Source: Chiloscyllium plagiosum (Eukaryota). Taken from it: a stretch of 64,000 nt of DNA. Position numbers and translations under genes: made by a program. A model generated the notes under the pieces. It had not been told where the DNA came from. It ran no database searches and saw only the letters and a list, made by a program, of their open reading frames with translations. The stretch covers positions 41,944,444-42,008,443 of the forward strand of contig NC_057718.1 of the NCBI RefSeq assembly GCF_004010195.1, given 5' to 3'. Positions 24,001-36,439 of the stretch are shown here, piece after piece (the stretch's first letter is position 1; each line of letters begins with the position of its first letter).

Positions 24001-24713
24001 ACTCCCTGACTTTTATTATTCCTGAATCAACACAATCACCTGCCTGAAGATAGAACTGTCCATAAACATAGTAAGATCCTCATCATAACATTATCAGGAA
24101 TAAACATTGACCCAGTCAGTAGCTAGACGATATATAATATCTATAAAGGCCAAGGTTCATTTCTTCAAATGAAACTACACTTTTGTGTACAAACTGTTAA
24201 GGAATACTAGTAATTTTCAGTATTTTATGCAGGAATGAACACTTTATTTATTTCATACAAAGTAATAATTTCTTTCAATACGGGTCTCACAGGCAGTCAG
24301 ATTTTATCTGAATTCATCAAAATGTAGCAGCAAATTGATGAAAATTATTAAAAACCCATTAGGTGGGCATTACCTCTTTAAGACAAAAGGGGATTGAATA
24401 AGTGCATCAACTGAGGTGATAGATCATTTCTAAAAGATGTTTAAATATCTGTTGTCTGTTCTCATCGCTGATGCTATAATTACAAAATACTTTCAGGCTC
24501 TTTGAGAGCTAAATAATTTTGCAATGCATCATTGAACATTTAGTTGCTTTGCAAGCAGATGGTTTCAGGGATCCATCTGCTCACTGAGATGTCTTCAACA
24601 AGCCCTCTTCACCTTCACCAAAAGGTTCAAAAGCATTTGAATATTCAGCCTGTCATTGCAGGTGCCTTCTCCTGTCCCTTAGAGCCCATGCACTGGGCCA
24701 TGGTCACACTTAC

Positions 24714-24777
24714 ACATGAGACTGACTCTGGCAGGTCTGTGCGGGTCAGTGCCTCTGACCCAGGCGCAAAGCTTCAT
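24714..24777 (-). CDS. Candidate first coding exon of an unidentified host gene (MKLCAWVRGTDPHRPARVSLM, phase-1 donor)
   Basis: AGAATGA start with A at -3; perfect GTAAGT donor at 24713-24708; no upstream ATG back to ~24920; TATAA and an E-box upstream; unique sequence with retained CpGs. Confidence 0.35.
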
Positions 24778-24934
24778 TCTGCTGCACTGCAACTCTGCCA
24801 CTCTTTGCTCTTATGTTGGATTCAGGTTGGCTCTCTTGTCAGACGTGTAGTTCTCCACACAGGCCACAAACAGGCGTTATTTATTTTAATCCTTTCTTTT
24901 CAGAAAAAAAATGAAATGTAATTCTGCTGCTGTC

Positions 24935-24960
24935 GCGTCAGCAGCCAGTTATAGCAGCTG
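24935..24960 (-). promoter_or_regulatory. Candidate core promoter: E-box CAGCTG, TATAA, TGACGC half-CRE
   Basis: Minus strand reads CAGCTGCTATAACTGGCTGCTGACGC, ~170 bp upstream of the candidate ATG. Confidence 0.3.
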
Positions 24961-25851
24961 CTGAAACGTTTGGCTGTGAGAGTGGGTAAGCAGTCACAAA
25001 CCATTGCTTCAATTTCAGTTTCTGATATCATGTGATTTAACTATCAGTACAAACCCCTTGTATTTGTCCTCAGAAAGTAATAACAGCATTGAGCTGTGTC
25101 AGAGAAAATTGTCTGACATCGAAAACAAATAATGCTCAGTGCTGTGCATCGAGATGGTACGGTTCCTGTGTTAAATATGACAAAATCTACCATTACTTTT
25201 GTTTTCTAAATATTTATTTCTGATTTTCTTTCTCTTAGTCCTATTTTAAGTTATTTCCTTAATCCTCTCTTGAATCAATTTATTCTACATGCAAATTGTT
25301 ACCCTCTCCCTTTGTTGAAATTGTCCTGCAGCTGAGTAGTTAAGGGGTGCTTGGGAGTCTTAATTTGTTGTCAAAATGGGTAGATTCCTGACCTACATTC
25401 AGTCCTTTTTCTTGATAGTCTGGCCAGTATAGACCAGGAACTTGAAGTATTGGAATGTGTAGGCACAAGTCTACATTATATGGCAGTGTGATAGCCCAGA
25501 CATTTGTTTTCTAAGGATAAGAAATTTGTTTTTTCCAGAGATATGGCCTCAATAAAGGTTACCTGCAAGTCTGTGACAAGAACTCCCTTTGAAGCCGGAT
25601 TTCCAAGTTGTTGTCAGGGATACCTGCCGCTGATATTCTGTATTAAGCCAATAACGTGGACAATTACAACATAGAAGGAAAATATTTGGTCTAGTATGTC
25701 TATGTCAGCTGTTGTCATAAGTAACCCAAAACTAAACCAGTGGCCCTGCACTCTGCCCATTGTCTTGTGCCTGTTTAAAGCATTTCATCTCCTTTATCCT
25801 TTTGTCATGATAATTGAACACCAATGATTGGATTGCCATGCCTCCAACTGT

Positions 25852-26030
25852 GAGAAAGTGAGGACTGCAGATGCTGGAGATCAGAGTTGAGAGTGTGGTG
25901 TTGGAAAAGCACAGCAGGTCAGACAGCATCTAAGGAGCAGGAGAATTGACGCTTTGGGCATAAACCCTTCATCAGGAATGAGGCCTGTGAGCCAAGGGGG
26001 TAGAGAGATAAATGGGAGGGGGTTGGGGTT
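25852..26030 (-). mobile_element. Penelope-like 3' end fragment with hammerhead-like motif
   Basis: GAGAAAGTGAGGACTGCAGATGCTGGAGATCAGAG...CCCTTCATCAGGAATG; same family as 41616-42398. Confidence 0.85.
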
Positions 26031-27994
26031 CAGGGGGCAAGTGTACCCAACCCTACTGTGGAGGTGCGTAAGTTATAACTCCCATTACTTTCATGGAATT
26101 GGGCCCATTTTGGGAGGCAGCAAGAATTATTGCAGCTATGAGGAGCTGAGAACCAAACGTTCTCTTATGAAGTGAGGAACATTTTGATAGATAAGTTCTA
26201 TTTGTGTTGACACACATCATAATTAGTTGTCATGTGGTATGTTAATGCAATAATTAATTATAGGGTTTGTTAAGAAGAATAAGTAACCAGCATAATGAAA
26301 GTAGAATAGTTTTCAAGTGCAATAAAGTACTTCCTCCAGTGTATAAAATGATCTTCTGTCCACAATAGTATACAGACTCAGATTTCAGTGTGCTACTTTA
26401 TCTTTGCATTCATTGATAGTCAGTCATTCATTGACCAGATGAAGCAATGGAATTGAAAGCTAAGTGCGAAGCTATTTCAAATATTTTAATATATGTAGTT
26501 TTGGAGGCTTTGTTTAGACACATGCACAATGAAATTCCATTCTGAATGTTCATCTGACTCTAACCTCCTCAAATAGTTCAGCTCTGCAGGTATAGTTACA
26601 GCTATCAAGTAGACTTTTAGCTTTGGGTTTATTGACAGTTTTATGAGCAGCTAATAGGATTATTCTTGAGGTGATTTTACATGTTTGTTTTGTTTACTAT
26701 TTTTAAGAGCATGTAAGAGGATAAATATTATTTTAAATGGATTTAATTTTAATATTTTTAATAGTTATGCATATGATTGACAGATGTATATGTCCATCAG
26801 AGGATTAACAGTTTTTGAAGAGGCTTTTGAATGACTGCTATTTATTTTGACAGTTTCATGAGCATCCAAAAGGAATACTGCAAGAGTAGGTATGCAGCAT
26901 GGGAAGATTAGGTTTGGAAAGGGCATGAGGTTATGGACGTGGAGAAACTGAGGTATTGGAGGAAACAAGGTAAAATAGAGCATCATGGGGTATGAATGGG
27001 ACATGAGTGTTGTCTAAGGAACGAGAGGTCAAGGTTAGCATGCCTGAGATCTATGTTTTGAACTAGACTGATATTGTATTGAACATTGGTGGGTCATTTG
27101 ACCTGCCCATCACAGCCTCTACCCATGTCCATTCCTACTTTGGGCCTGATTCTGGACATGATAGTCCCAACTCTAGCCCATATTAACCATTCCACCATGG
27201 AAATATCATGGCGTGCTTTACAAGTCCAAATCTCCAAAGTGGATGAAATAATCTTTATCTACTATTCCATGTAAACCCTAATTCTTTCCAAGAAAAACCT
27301 CAATAAAGTTTCCTCTGAACCTTCTCTGTTGTATTGGAAACAGGGTATGTTTCTCATCCTTGACATCATATTAGTGAGTCTATATTGTGCACTCTATGAC
27401 TGTAAAGGGTAACACCAAACTGCACATAGCTGTCTAACGATTTCCATATATATATTTGTAATTAATATATATTGCAATTAATATTATTAATTCAAAATGG
27501 TTGGTGGAATATGAGCAACTAAATATTATTTCTCCTGACTGTTGAGCTCTTTCCAAGGCAATTATTGACAGTCAATTTTGACTTTTATATTTAGAAACAC
27601 AGTGGATTTTTATCTGCATTGCCTGGGCAGTAATATTTCAGATTGAATTGTATGACCTTTATAGAGCCCAGACAGTTGATATTCCACAGACAGGCATCTT
27701 CGATAAAAGGCAGGTGAACCACTTAGCTAGATTGCTGCTTAAGGTGGTGAAGGCAATAATCTGCTCCTCAAACTCAGAGTTAGCCAACATCTGCTCAGCC
27801 AGGGTTGCTGGATTAAGCCCTCAGCTTGTGTTTAATTTGCTAAACATTTAGTGCTCTCAGAAACCATTTGAATTAAATTTGTGAAGTATTTGCACTTGTG
27901 GTTAGAGCCAGCTGCATCCTATTGTATCCCACTTTGAATACAAACACAAGAAAGGCTAAGTCATATTTGTAAAACTTCTCAACTATCAGAGGTA

Positions 27995-28300
27995 ATTAGA
28001 TTAGATTCCCTACAGTGTGGAAACAGGCCCTTCAGCCCAACCAGTGCAGAGCAACCCTCTGAAGAGTAACCCACCTAGACACAATTTCCTTTTGACTAAT
28101 GCACCTAACATTATGGGCAATTTAGCATGGCCAATTCACCTGACCGGCACATCTTCAGACTGTGGGAGGAAACCAGAGTACCCAGAGGAAATCCACGCAG
28201 ACACGGGAGAATGTGCAAACTCCACACACAGTTGCCCGAGGCTGGAATCGAACCTGGGACCCTGATGCTGTGAGGCAGCACTGAGCCACCATGCCACCCC
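27995..28300 (-). mobile_element. HE1-type tRNA-derived SINE (older subfamily)
   Basis: B box GGTTCGATTCC on the minus strand, body matches the other copies, (ATTAG)n tail; possible TSD GTAATT. Confidence 0.92.
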
Positions 28301-29261
28301 AAGTAATTGGTGGATTCTTCAACGGATGGATATAAAGAGAGGATATTATTGTTAGTCGGTATTCTCAGAGGAGCTGCTGTTGCTGCAGGTACAGCTAAGA
28401 ACAGAAAAAAATCCTCATTATGGATTGCACACCAGGGATACAGGCTGGAGCATTGGGCAGTCTATCACCACTGGTGCAGAGGGACAGGCGTGCAAATAAA
28501 GGGGAGCAAGTTTAGAGTTAACAAATTTAAGCTAAAATGAATCAACTAGCCCTGGTTCTGTTTGGGATTAGCTAAAACAAGATGGAATCTGTGGATACAA
28601 ATAGCAATCAAACAATTAAACAATGCACAAAAATTCTGCCAAATGTGAAGGATTCATGAAACTGTGTCACTTATTAAGCATTCATGGGTGCACAATTATT
28701 GAAAATAAAACCGCAGTAGGTAAAATTCCTTGAGTATAATTCTCCATTAAATTAATAAACATTGCATTTTTCGTATTGAGGTCAATAATGTTTAAGATGT
28801 AAGGTTGTTTCACTTTAGTGGCTGAAATGTAAAGTTGTGGAAGTGGTTTTACCAAACTTTCATTACACTTCGTACTTAGTCTTTCCCATTGCTTTCAAAA
28901 GAAGATGCAGAGCAAAGGTTTGGTATTTTTATTTCTGGAAATGCACTACAGCCACATATTTCCTTGAAACTTCACTCAGCTAGAAGTGATGTGCAAACTG
29001 ATGATGCTTGTTAGCAGAGTTTCTAATAGACTGTAGGTACAGTAAAGACCATGGAGGAAGAGCAGCCCCCAGTTTTAACTTAACATGAAATTGGATTAGG
29101 ATAAGGCGCCTAAATATATCTTAAAGTCTCAAAACTTACCTCAGCAACCTGGTCAACCATCCACCTGAGATGAGGAGCAACTGGCAGCTGCCTGCTGACC
29201 AGTAACAGTAATTCACAGGGTGGGGTAAGAGACCACAGGCAGGGACTAAAAGGAATTTGGA

Positions 29262-29437
29262 CAGAGGAACCTCAATTATCTGAACGCTTTGGCTGAGGAG
29301 TATTTTGTGAGGATAATTGAATGTTCAGATAATCAAATGCCGGATAACACAGTTTAGCCAAGCATCAGGACCCTGCGATCCTGTCTGAATAATCTGAAAT
29401 TTGGATAATCAAATGACAGATAATCACGGTTCCTCTG
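29262..29437. mobile_element. pogo/Tigger-type MITE, longer copy of the 15866 family
   Basis: CAGAGGAACCTCAATTATC...GATAATCACGGTTCCTCTG-TA with internal GATAAT subterminal repeats. Confidence 0.85.
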
Positions 29438-29644
29438 TAGTTGGGGTTATGTTGAAGGCAGATTTCAGCAGGGAAACTAATTGGAGCAAAGCTCTCAACG
29501 GAAGTGCAAGTGTCTTTTTGGGTAAGGTGAGAATCTCTCTCACTCCATCTAGCCCCATAGGAACATTGTTACCTTATTTTATATCAGCTCTTCTGGTTCA
29601 TGATCTTCTTCTCATCAGCTTCATGGAAAACCATTGATAGTACA

Positions 29645-30440
29645 ATTGCTAAATTTGCTGATGACAGAAAAGCAGGTAGAAAGTAAATTGCCAAGAACAT
29701 GTGAGGAGGCTACAAAAGGATACAGTTAGATTAAATGAGTGGGCAAGGATCTGGCAAATGATGTATAATGTGGGAAAGTGGGAAATTGTCCCACTGTGAA
29801 GCAAGGGGATCTGAGTGTCCAAGTACATGAATTGCAAATGGTACAGCAAGTAATTAGAGACGCAAGTAGAATATTATTGTCTATTGAGAGGTGAATTGTA
29901 CACAAAAGTAAGAGAGTTATGCTTCAATTATGCAAGGAATTGGTGAGACCACATCTGGAGTATCATGTACAGTATTGGATGTTGGTATTTAAACAAAGAT
30001 GTAAATGTAGTAGATGCAGATCAAAGAAAGTTGACCGTTGTATTCCAGAAATGAATTGGTTGATCAAACATCAAATAGAGTTGTCTTGTACACATTAAAG
30101 TTTAGAAGATTGAAGGGTGACTTGATTGAAATAAATAAGTTCCTTAAGTGGACTTAACAGAGGGATCTCAAAAGGAAATTTTCCCTAGTGGGAGAATCTA
30201 AAACTAGGAGTCACTATTTAAAAATGAGCAGTCTTTCATTTTATGACAGTGATAAGGAGAGTATTTTCTTTCAGTGAGTTCTGAGTCTTTGGAATTCGTT
30301 TGCTCTGAAGTCAGTGGAAGCAGAATCATTGAATTTTTTTTTAAGGCGGAGGGAGATAGATTCTTGATCAGTAAAGGGATGAAAGGTTATTGGGGGCAGG
30401 CAGGAATATGAAGTTGAGATTACAGTCAGATCAACCATCC
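29645..30440 (+). mobile_element. Degraded CR1 LINE 3' fragment
   Basis: AAATTTGCTGATGACA (KFADD) and TTGGTGAGACCACATCTGGAGTA (LVRPHLEY) are recognisable. Confidence 0.85.
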
Positions 30441-30509
30441 CTTCAATAAACTAGGATGCATCCAGACCTAGTGACTTTCCATCTTTGAGACTGCCAAATG
30501 TTTAATTCC

Positions 30510-31260
30510 ATTGACAAGTTGGTGAATATGTGGCAGATTAATTTCAATGCAGTAAAGTATGAAGTAATTCAATTTGATAAAAAAACTTTGAAAGACACTA
30601 TAAAACAGGGAACACAATTCTAAAGGGGATGCAGGAATTGTGACACTTGGGTGTGTACGTGACACTTGGGTATGGAGTACAAGGGCAAGGAAGTGATGTT
30701 GAACTAATATAAATGTTAAACTTCAGTGGGGTACTGTGTATAGTTGTTGTTGCCATCATTTTGGAAGGATGTGACTGCATTAGAGAGAGCATAGAAATGA
30801 TTCCAGGAATGAGAAACTTCAGTTACATGGAAAAATTGAACAAATTGGGACTGTTGTCCTTGGAGAAACGAAGGCTAAGAGAAAAGCTGAGAGAGTTTTT
30901 CCAAATAATGAGCGTGCTGGATGGAGTACCTTGGGAGCAATTGTTCCCACTTGTGGAATGAACAAGAACAAGAGTTTATAGATTTAACATAATGTGCAGA
31001 AAAAGCAAGGTGGTATGAGAATAACATTTTTTCACTCAGTGAGTTGTTAGAGAAAGTTCTGCTTGGAAGTGTGGTAGCAGGTTAAACTGAGGCATTCAGG
31101 AGGGCATTGTGTGATTATTTGGATAAAAATAATAGGTAAGGCAAGGGTATGGGGAAGAAGCAAGAGATGGCATTAAGCAATGATGCTCTTTTGCAGATCC
31201 AGTGCAGCCATGATGGGCTGAATGGCCTCCATCTGCACCATACGATTTTTCTGATTATGG
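30510..31260 (+). mobile_element. Degraded CR1 LINE 3' fragment (different subfamily)
   Basis: ORF 30713-30961 'MIPGMRNFSYMEKLNKLGLLSLEKRRLR'; 3' hairpin GGGCTGAATGGCCT. Confidence 0.85.
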
Positions 31261-33109
31261 TATCTTCTCTTTGTTATTTTTGGCCAATATTGCTACTGTC
31301 TCCTCCTTTCCTTTTACATTGGCAACATTCTCCGCTGTCCCCTTTCCACTATTTGATTACTTAGAGCTGTACACAGGAATTATATGCTCCTCTATCATTT
31401 CTTAATTCTAGCTAAGCAGATTTGGTGCTTGACCCTGCAGCTACCTGATTTCTGAAATTAAATCTCCGTCCACATTCAGATGTCTTGGTTTTCAAATAAT
31501 TGGTGTTTTACACTTTAAAAAAAATCTATCATTTGTGTTTTATGGCATCATTTTGGAACATTACCCAAATTCACAATTATCAGGAAACTCATCTTGTATT
31601 TAAATTACACAATTTTACAGCTGCTATTTGAGACAAAATCCATAAACGATGTGCATGTATCATTTGGATTGTTTTCAAATACATGATAGGGCTAATTCAA
31701 CTCCTCCTACTCATTTAAAATGTTGATTTGAATTTTCCTCCGCTGTGTAAATAAGATGAAATAAATTTTGATTTGTGTACCTTGCCCAATCTTGTTAATG
31801 GCCTGATGCACTGTGTTAGGGTTAATGAATCAGTGTTTCACCACCGCAAGCTTGCACAAGCTGAGTCTGGCTTAGGGCAATGGGACAGAAGGAGCATATC
31901 ACATTCAAAGCAGCAAGAACAGATTTTTATAAAATGCTGGAGGGATTTGTAATTCAGGTGCCTAGAACAATTCTGAGCACTTAGGATTGATTTTACAAAG
32001 TTGAGTTAGATCTATATGCAGCTTTGCCAGCAACTTAAGATCAGGGATTTCTTCAGCCCCAATATGATATGTTCCACCGTCTATGAGGAAGCTGGTGGAG
32101 TAATTAGAAGGTAGATTAACTAATTTGATATTTCCTTTTGTTTTGTATCTGTTTATTGCACTTGCAGAAATATTAAGTGTGTAGATAGAGAAACAGTGCA
32201 TCAAATTAAAAAAATACTCAAAGTGATTTGTTCCTTTTATTGTGAATAAGAAGCTTTTCAGAGAGAATAAAAGTCAAAACTAAAGGTTATAATTTATTTG
32301 GGCAGTGGTGTAGAGTAGCTAGTGTTAGGTCAGCCATGCATTAAACACAGAGGCTAATATTTAATTCCATCATCTGCAATAGAACTGAAAAATTAGTCGC
32401 AGTGCATAAAAGGTGATTGATCAAATACTGCTGTTTTGTGCCAGTGCCCAAGATGAATTTCTACCCCCAAGTACTTTTAGTCCCTTGGTTCATCTGTGAT
32501 AAATATGAAATTTAAACTGATCAGCATCTTGGTGTCCTACATACACCCCTACAGGTAGGACACTTCCCACATGTACAGCCAAACAGTCCTGCGGACATTT
32601 GTTAGGCATAACATATTTAATTATATGGAAGAATGTTACAAGACGCATTATGATGTTTTGCAATTTTGCATACTCCTCATTAAGCGCGCAATGACACTAG
32701 CACAATTTAGTATGCGTTCTGTACCAAATTACTGGGACGACAGTGCATTATTTCTCAGAGTTGGCTGGGTAGAGACCAGTTAGAGTTTCTGGTTACTTCA
32801 GAATGCAATCTTCTGAACATAAACATGAACATATCAATTAATTTCATTAAATGATGCACGATTCCTCTTCCTTGTTAAATCTGGAACTCTGGCCCAGATG
32901 TTTGATCAGCAGCAGGACAAATCTGACTGACAGTAATCCTATTAAAGATTGCCCACTTATCTATCAGCAATTTTTACAGCCAGACATCTAACTCTAGCCA
33001 GTCCTGGAAACGCCCACGATAGGAAACTGACTAGGATTCCACTCAGCACAAGCTCAGAGCCAAGACATATCACCCTTTTATGATAATAGCTGTTACATTC
33101 CAATCAGCA

Positions 33110-33245
33110 AAATGGTTAAAGGATCAGGAACAATCTTGGCCACCAGCCCCAGCCAGCACTCGGTCAGTGCTGCCTCCAGGGTGTGGAGGAATGGCCAGTA
33201 ATGCAGAAAGGTAGTCATCGACCTTCTCCACTCTGCCACATTGAG
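33110..33245 (+). mobile_element. Harbinger-type Myb/SANT relic; the decayed element probably extends to ~35.0 kb
   Basis: Reads 'VSAASRVWRNGQ*CRKVVIDLLHSA', the C-terminal helix of the same domain. Confidence 0.5.
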
Positions 33246-33655
33246 TACCATAGTCCTCTTTATGCAACCTCCAACTCTATTCATTAGTAATATTACTCAC
33301 ACCTCCCACCACATCGTGTCCCATCACTGTCATTGTGGCCTACAACACCATCTCTCATCCTGCCTTCCCCTTCAGCCTCCCACAGTACTAACTGCACAAG
33401 CATCCTGTGCTGCCTCCTCAGTTCTTCAGTACATCTCAGCAATTTTCTCCCATTTGCACCAGAACTACCAGTCATGCCAATCTGGCTCACTCATTCCCCT
33501 ATTAATGAAAAAGCCTTCTTCATCCTTGCCAACAGAGCTGCAGCTCACCATGTCAGTAAGCACCCGTCTGTATACCACAGCCGCTCTCCCATTTACACTG
33601 CTACCACTCCTAACTATCGCACACCACTTACAAACACTGGAAACAACACCTTCCT

Positions 33656-33681
33656 TCTCTCTCTCTCTCTCTCTCTCTCTC
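33656..33681. repeat. (CT)n microsatellite
   Basis: Visible. Confidence 0.95.
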
Positions 33682-35169
33682 GTATCTTGCAGGTTTAGCA
33701 AAGTCTCCTGATGAGAGAATAAGCACCCTCCTGGACCTCTGAGAACAAGAATACCTGGGTCTCTGGCAAGAAGACCTTTGACATGTCTGGCCCGTATAGC
33801 GTCCCAAGGTTATCCCATCAAACCTTCAGTGCTAAAGGACATCATAGCAGAGCAGTCTCCCTTCTTCTCAGCTGTGATATAATAAAAGAGAGAAAAAGAG
33901 GAAAAACCTATTTTGTTGGTATGGGTGAAGGAGGCCTTTTCGTTAATAGCAGTTTCTTCATAAATATTCACTTTCCTGTGCCTGTATGTGTGTCAGTTTC
34001 TATGTGTAGATGCTAATCATACTTTTATACCATCCAGCAACAATTCATGGCCAGAGATAACTCACAAGAGATGGAGGTCTCTGGTGAACACCTAATGCAC
34101 CACCTGCAAGCTAAGGAAATAATGGCACCAGGCCCTAGTGAAACCTTTGCATGATCTCATTCAACATCCCAAATGTTTGGCACCTGCTGTGCACAATGAT
34201 GTGGATGTCAGAAGGTGTCACAGGACAAGTTCCTTACCTTACCCACTTTGCTCACAGGCATTTTCTTCCCATACTACACTTTCAGGTTCCAGCATGATGG
34301 AAGGTGACAGCAAGTGGTCCTCTTTGAGAGGCTTTCTGTTTGACCGTTTTGGTGAGCACACAGATAACCACATCCCCTTCTCAGCAGCCCACCCTATTAG
34401 CCTGTCTATATGTATTTACAGTTATCTACCATTTCAGCCAAGATCCTGCTGTATGAGATGACTATCGCTGGTGTGATCATACACTGCATCTCTCCCCCCC
34501 ACCCCACCCCCACTGTGAAGCCAGGGTGTTCCTGACTATGGTTGCCTCTCCCCTTCCCCAACCCAACATTGCACTCTTCCCAGGCATGTTTTACAGTGCC
34601 AGCACCCCCTTGTGAATCTTTCTGCTCCTCTCACAATTGCACTATACCATTGCCCAAAGCCTGCATCCATTGTCCCGATGACAAAAATAACAAGGTTCAT
34701 TTCTGAGCTACAGCTGAACTTGCACCCAAATCCTCACTTAATTTCTGTAGATAGAGTGACCATGGTCCACCGACCCAAATAACATGACTAGACAACCCCG
34801 AGCAAGGCATTACCAGACCTTGAGTAGTGTCTATTAATCATCCTAACTGCATTAGTCCTACACCTGAACTTGCTGCTATAAAGCCAATCCACTGAAGAGG
34901 TCTGGGTCTACGGACTGAAATTGCCAGGCTGGGCACCTGACCATGATCAATATAGCAGGCTGCCCTTGAATTGCTATGCTGGGATCCCTTGACTGATTGG
35001 TGGTGCTCCACAGATATCAGTGAGAACTACACTCCAGGAGTTGGTACATGATTGCTCACTTGTTGCACTGGCAGAATGTTTGCCACATATCTGCTGGTAC
35101 ATGGAGCAGATATGAGATTGATGTAGCACATTGCTGCACAGTAAGATATGCGCCTCCTATGGAGAATTG

Positions 35170-35265
35170 CTGAGAAGCAAGGCAGGTTGCTGTTGATCAT
35201 GATCCTACTGAATGGCATAGTAGGCTTAAGGGGCCAAATAGCCTTAAAGCATGTTCCTATTCTTT
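35170..35265 (+). mobile_element. CR1 3'-terminal fragment
   Basis: CATGATCCTACTGAATGGC...AGGCTTAAGGGGCCAAATAGCCT...GTTCCTAT. Confidence 0.6.
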
Positions 35266-35929
35266 AAAGTCTTATAATCTTCACATCACGATATTGAGAT
35301 TTTCCCCTTAAGGCTTAGATGTTGACTTCAGAATTTTGCCATTGAACTATCTTATTTCCAAAGCACGTAAAAGTGAGCTGAGCTTTCCACTTCACAAACA
35401 CATTCCATAACAACTGAAAAGCAATGTTTTGCAGCTGCCACATTCATACACTGAATTGGAAATATGTTGTGACAAGGATAGAAGTTTGTTTCTTTATAGG
35501 AGAGGGAGCTGGGTGGTGGTTATCTCAGAAGGCTCTTACACAATCCCAACACACTGAATTTAAGCTCTGTGTTGTCTCCATTAAAGTGCAACATTTTGAC
35601 TGTAGTCATCAATGTCTTGGTTCAATGATTCCTGGCTATCAAAGGAAGGATTAAGTATGATGGAAGTGGTGGGAAGAGCAGTTATCATTGGCGCAGGAGC
35701 AGTAAAGTTGATGAGACGTCCTCATTGAGAGGTAGGAAGCGGAGAGGATGGAAAGGGTTACATATTTTGTAGAATGGAGTGGGTGAGACCCATTGACTGG
35801 ATATGATGAATACAATTGTGCAAGTTGTAGTCCATGACCCTTGGTCGGAGGTGTGTGCAATGGTAATGTTAGAGTGAATGGTTGCCTGTGAGTGTGAGAG
35901 AGCAGAGAGAAGGTGGTGGTGCCAAACCT

Positions 35930-36140
35930 CACAAAAACGCATTGACTTTTCTCCTGCACTGCTGGGTGCCCTGCTGACTCAGGACACCACACTGAGCTGA
36001 GCCACTATTTATGTCTTTGTCTAGTCACATGGCTCCTCACTGCGGTCTGCAGGAATCAGGTCTTCCCTTCTCTTCACCATCCAACACATCAGCATCTTCC
36101 AGTTCCTGTCTCTGAGGCATTGAGTGAGTTTCTCTTTGTG
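35930..36140 (-). mobile_element. Harbinger-type Myb/SANT relic
   Basis: Minus strand ...GCTCAGCTCAGTGTGGTGTCC...CAGCAGTGCAGGAGAAAAGTCAAT ('QQCRRKVN'). Confidence 0.5.
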
Positions 36141-36439
36141 TCATAATATTACCACAGTGTGAGGGACAATCCCTGGCATGAAGTGTTTGAAGTCATGTAC
36201 GGCTGAATTTTCCATAAGGCAGTAGCAATATGAACAGTAGAAGCCCCTGCAGTGGTAAGCACGTCTGCCTCTCCTACCATGAGATTCCCCAAAAAAGGCA
36301 CCAACGAGCTCAGTGGCATATTTAATGAGGTGAAGAGCTGAGGATAGTGTGAGTAAAGCCACGCTGAAAAAATGGGAAACTTATGCCCTAAATTTCAATT
36401 GGCGTAATATAGCTGCATCCTAAAAAGAATTGAAGGAGG

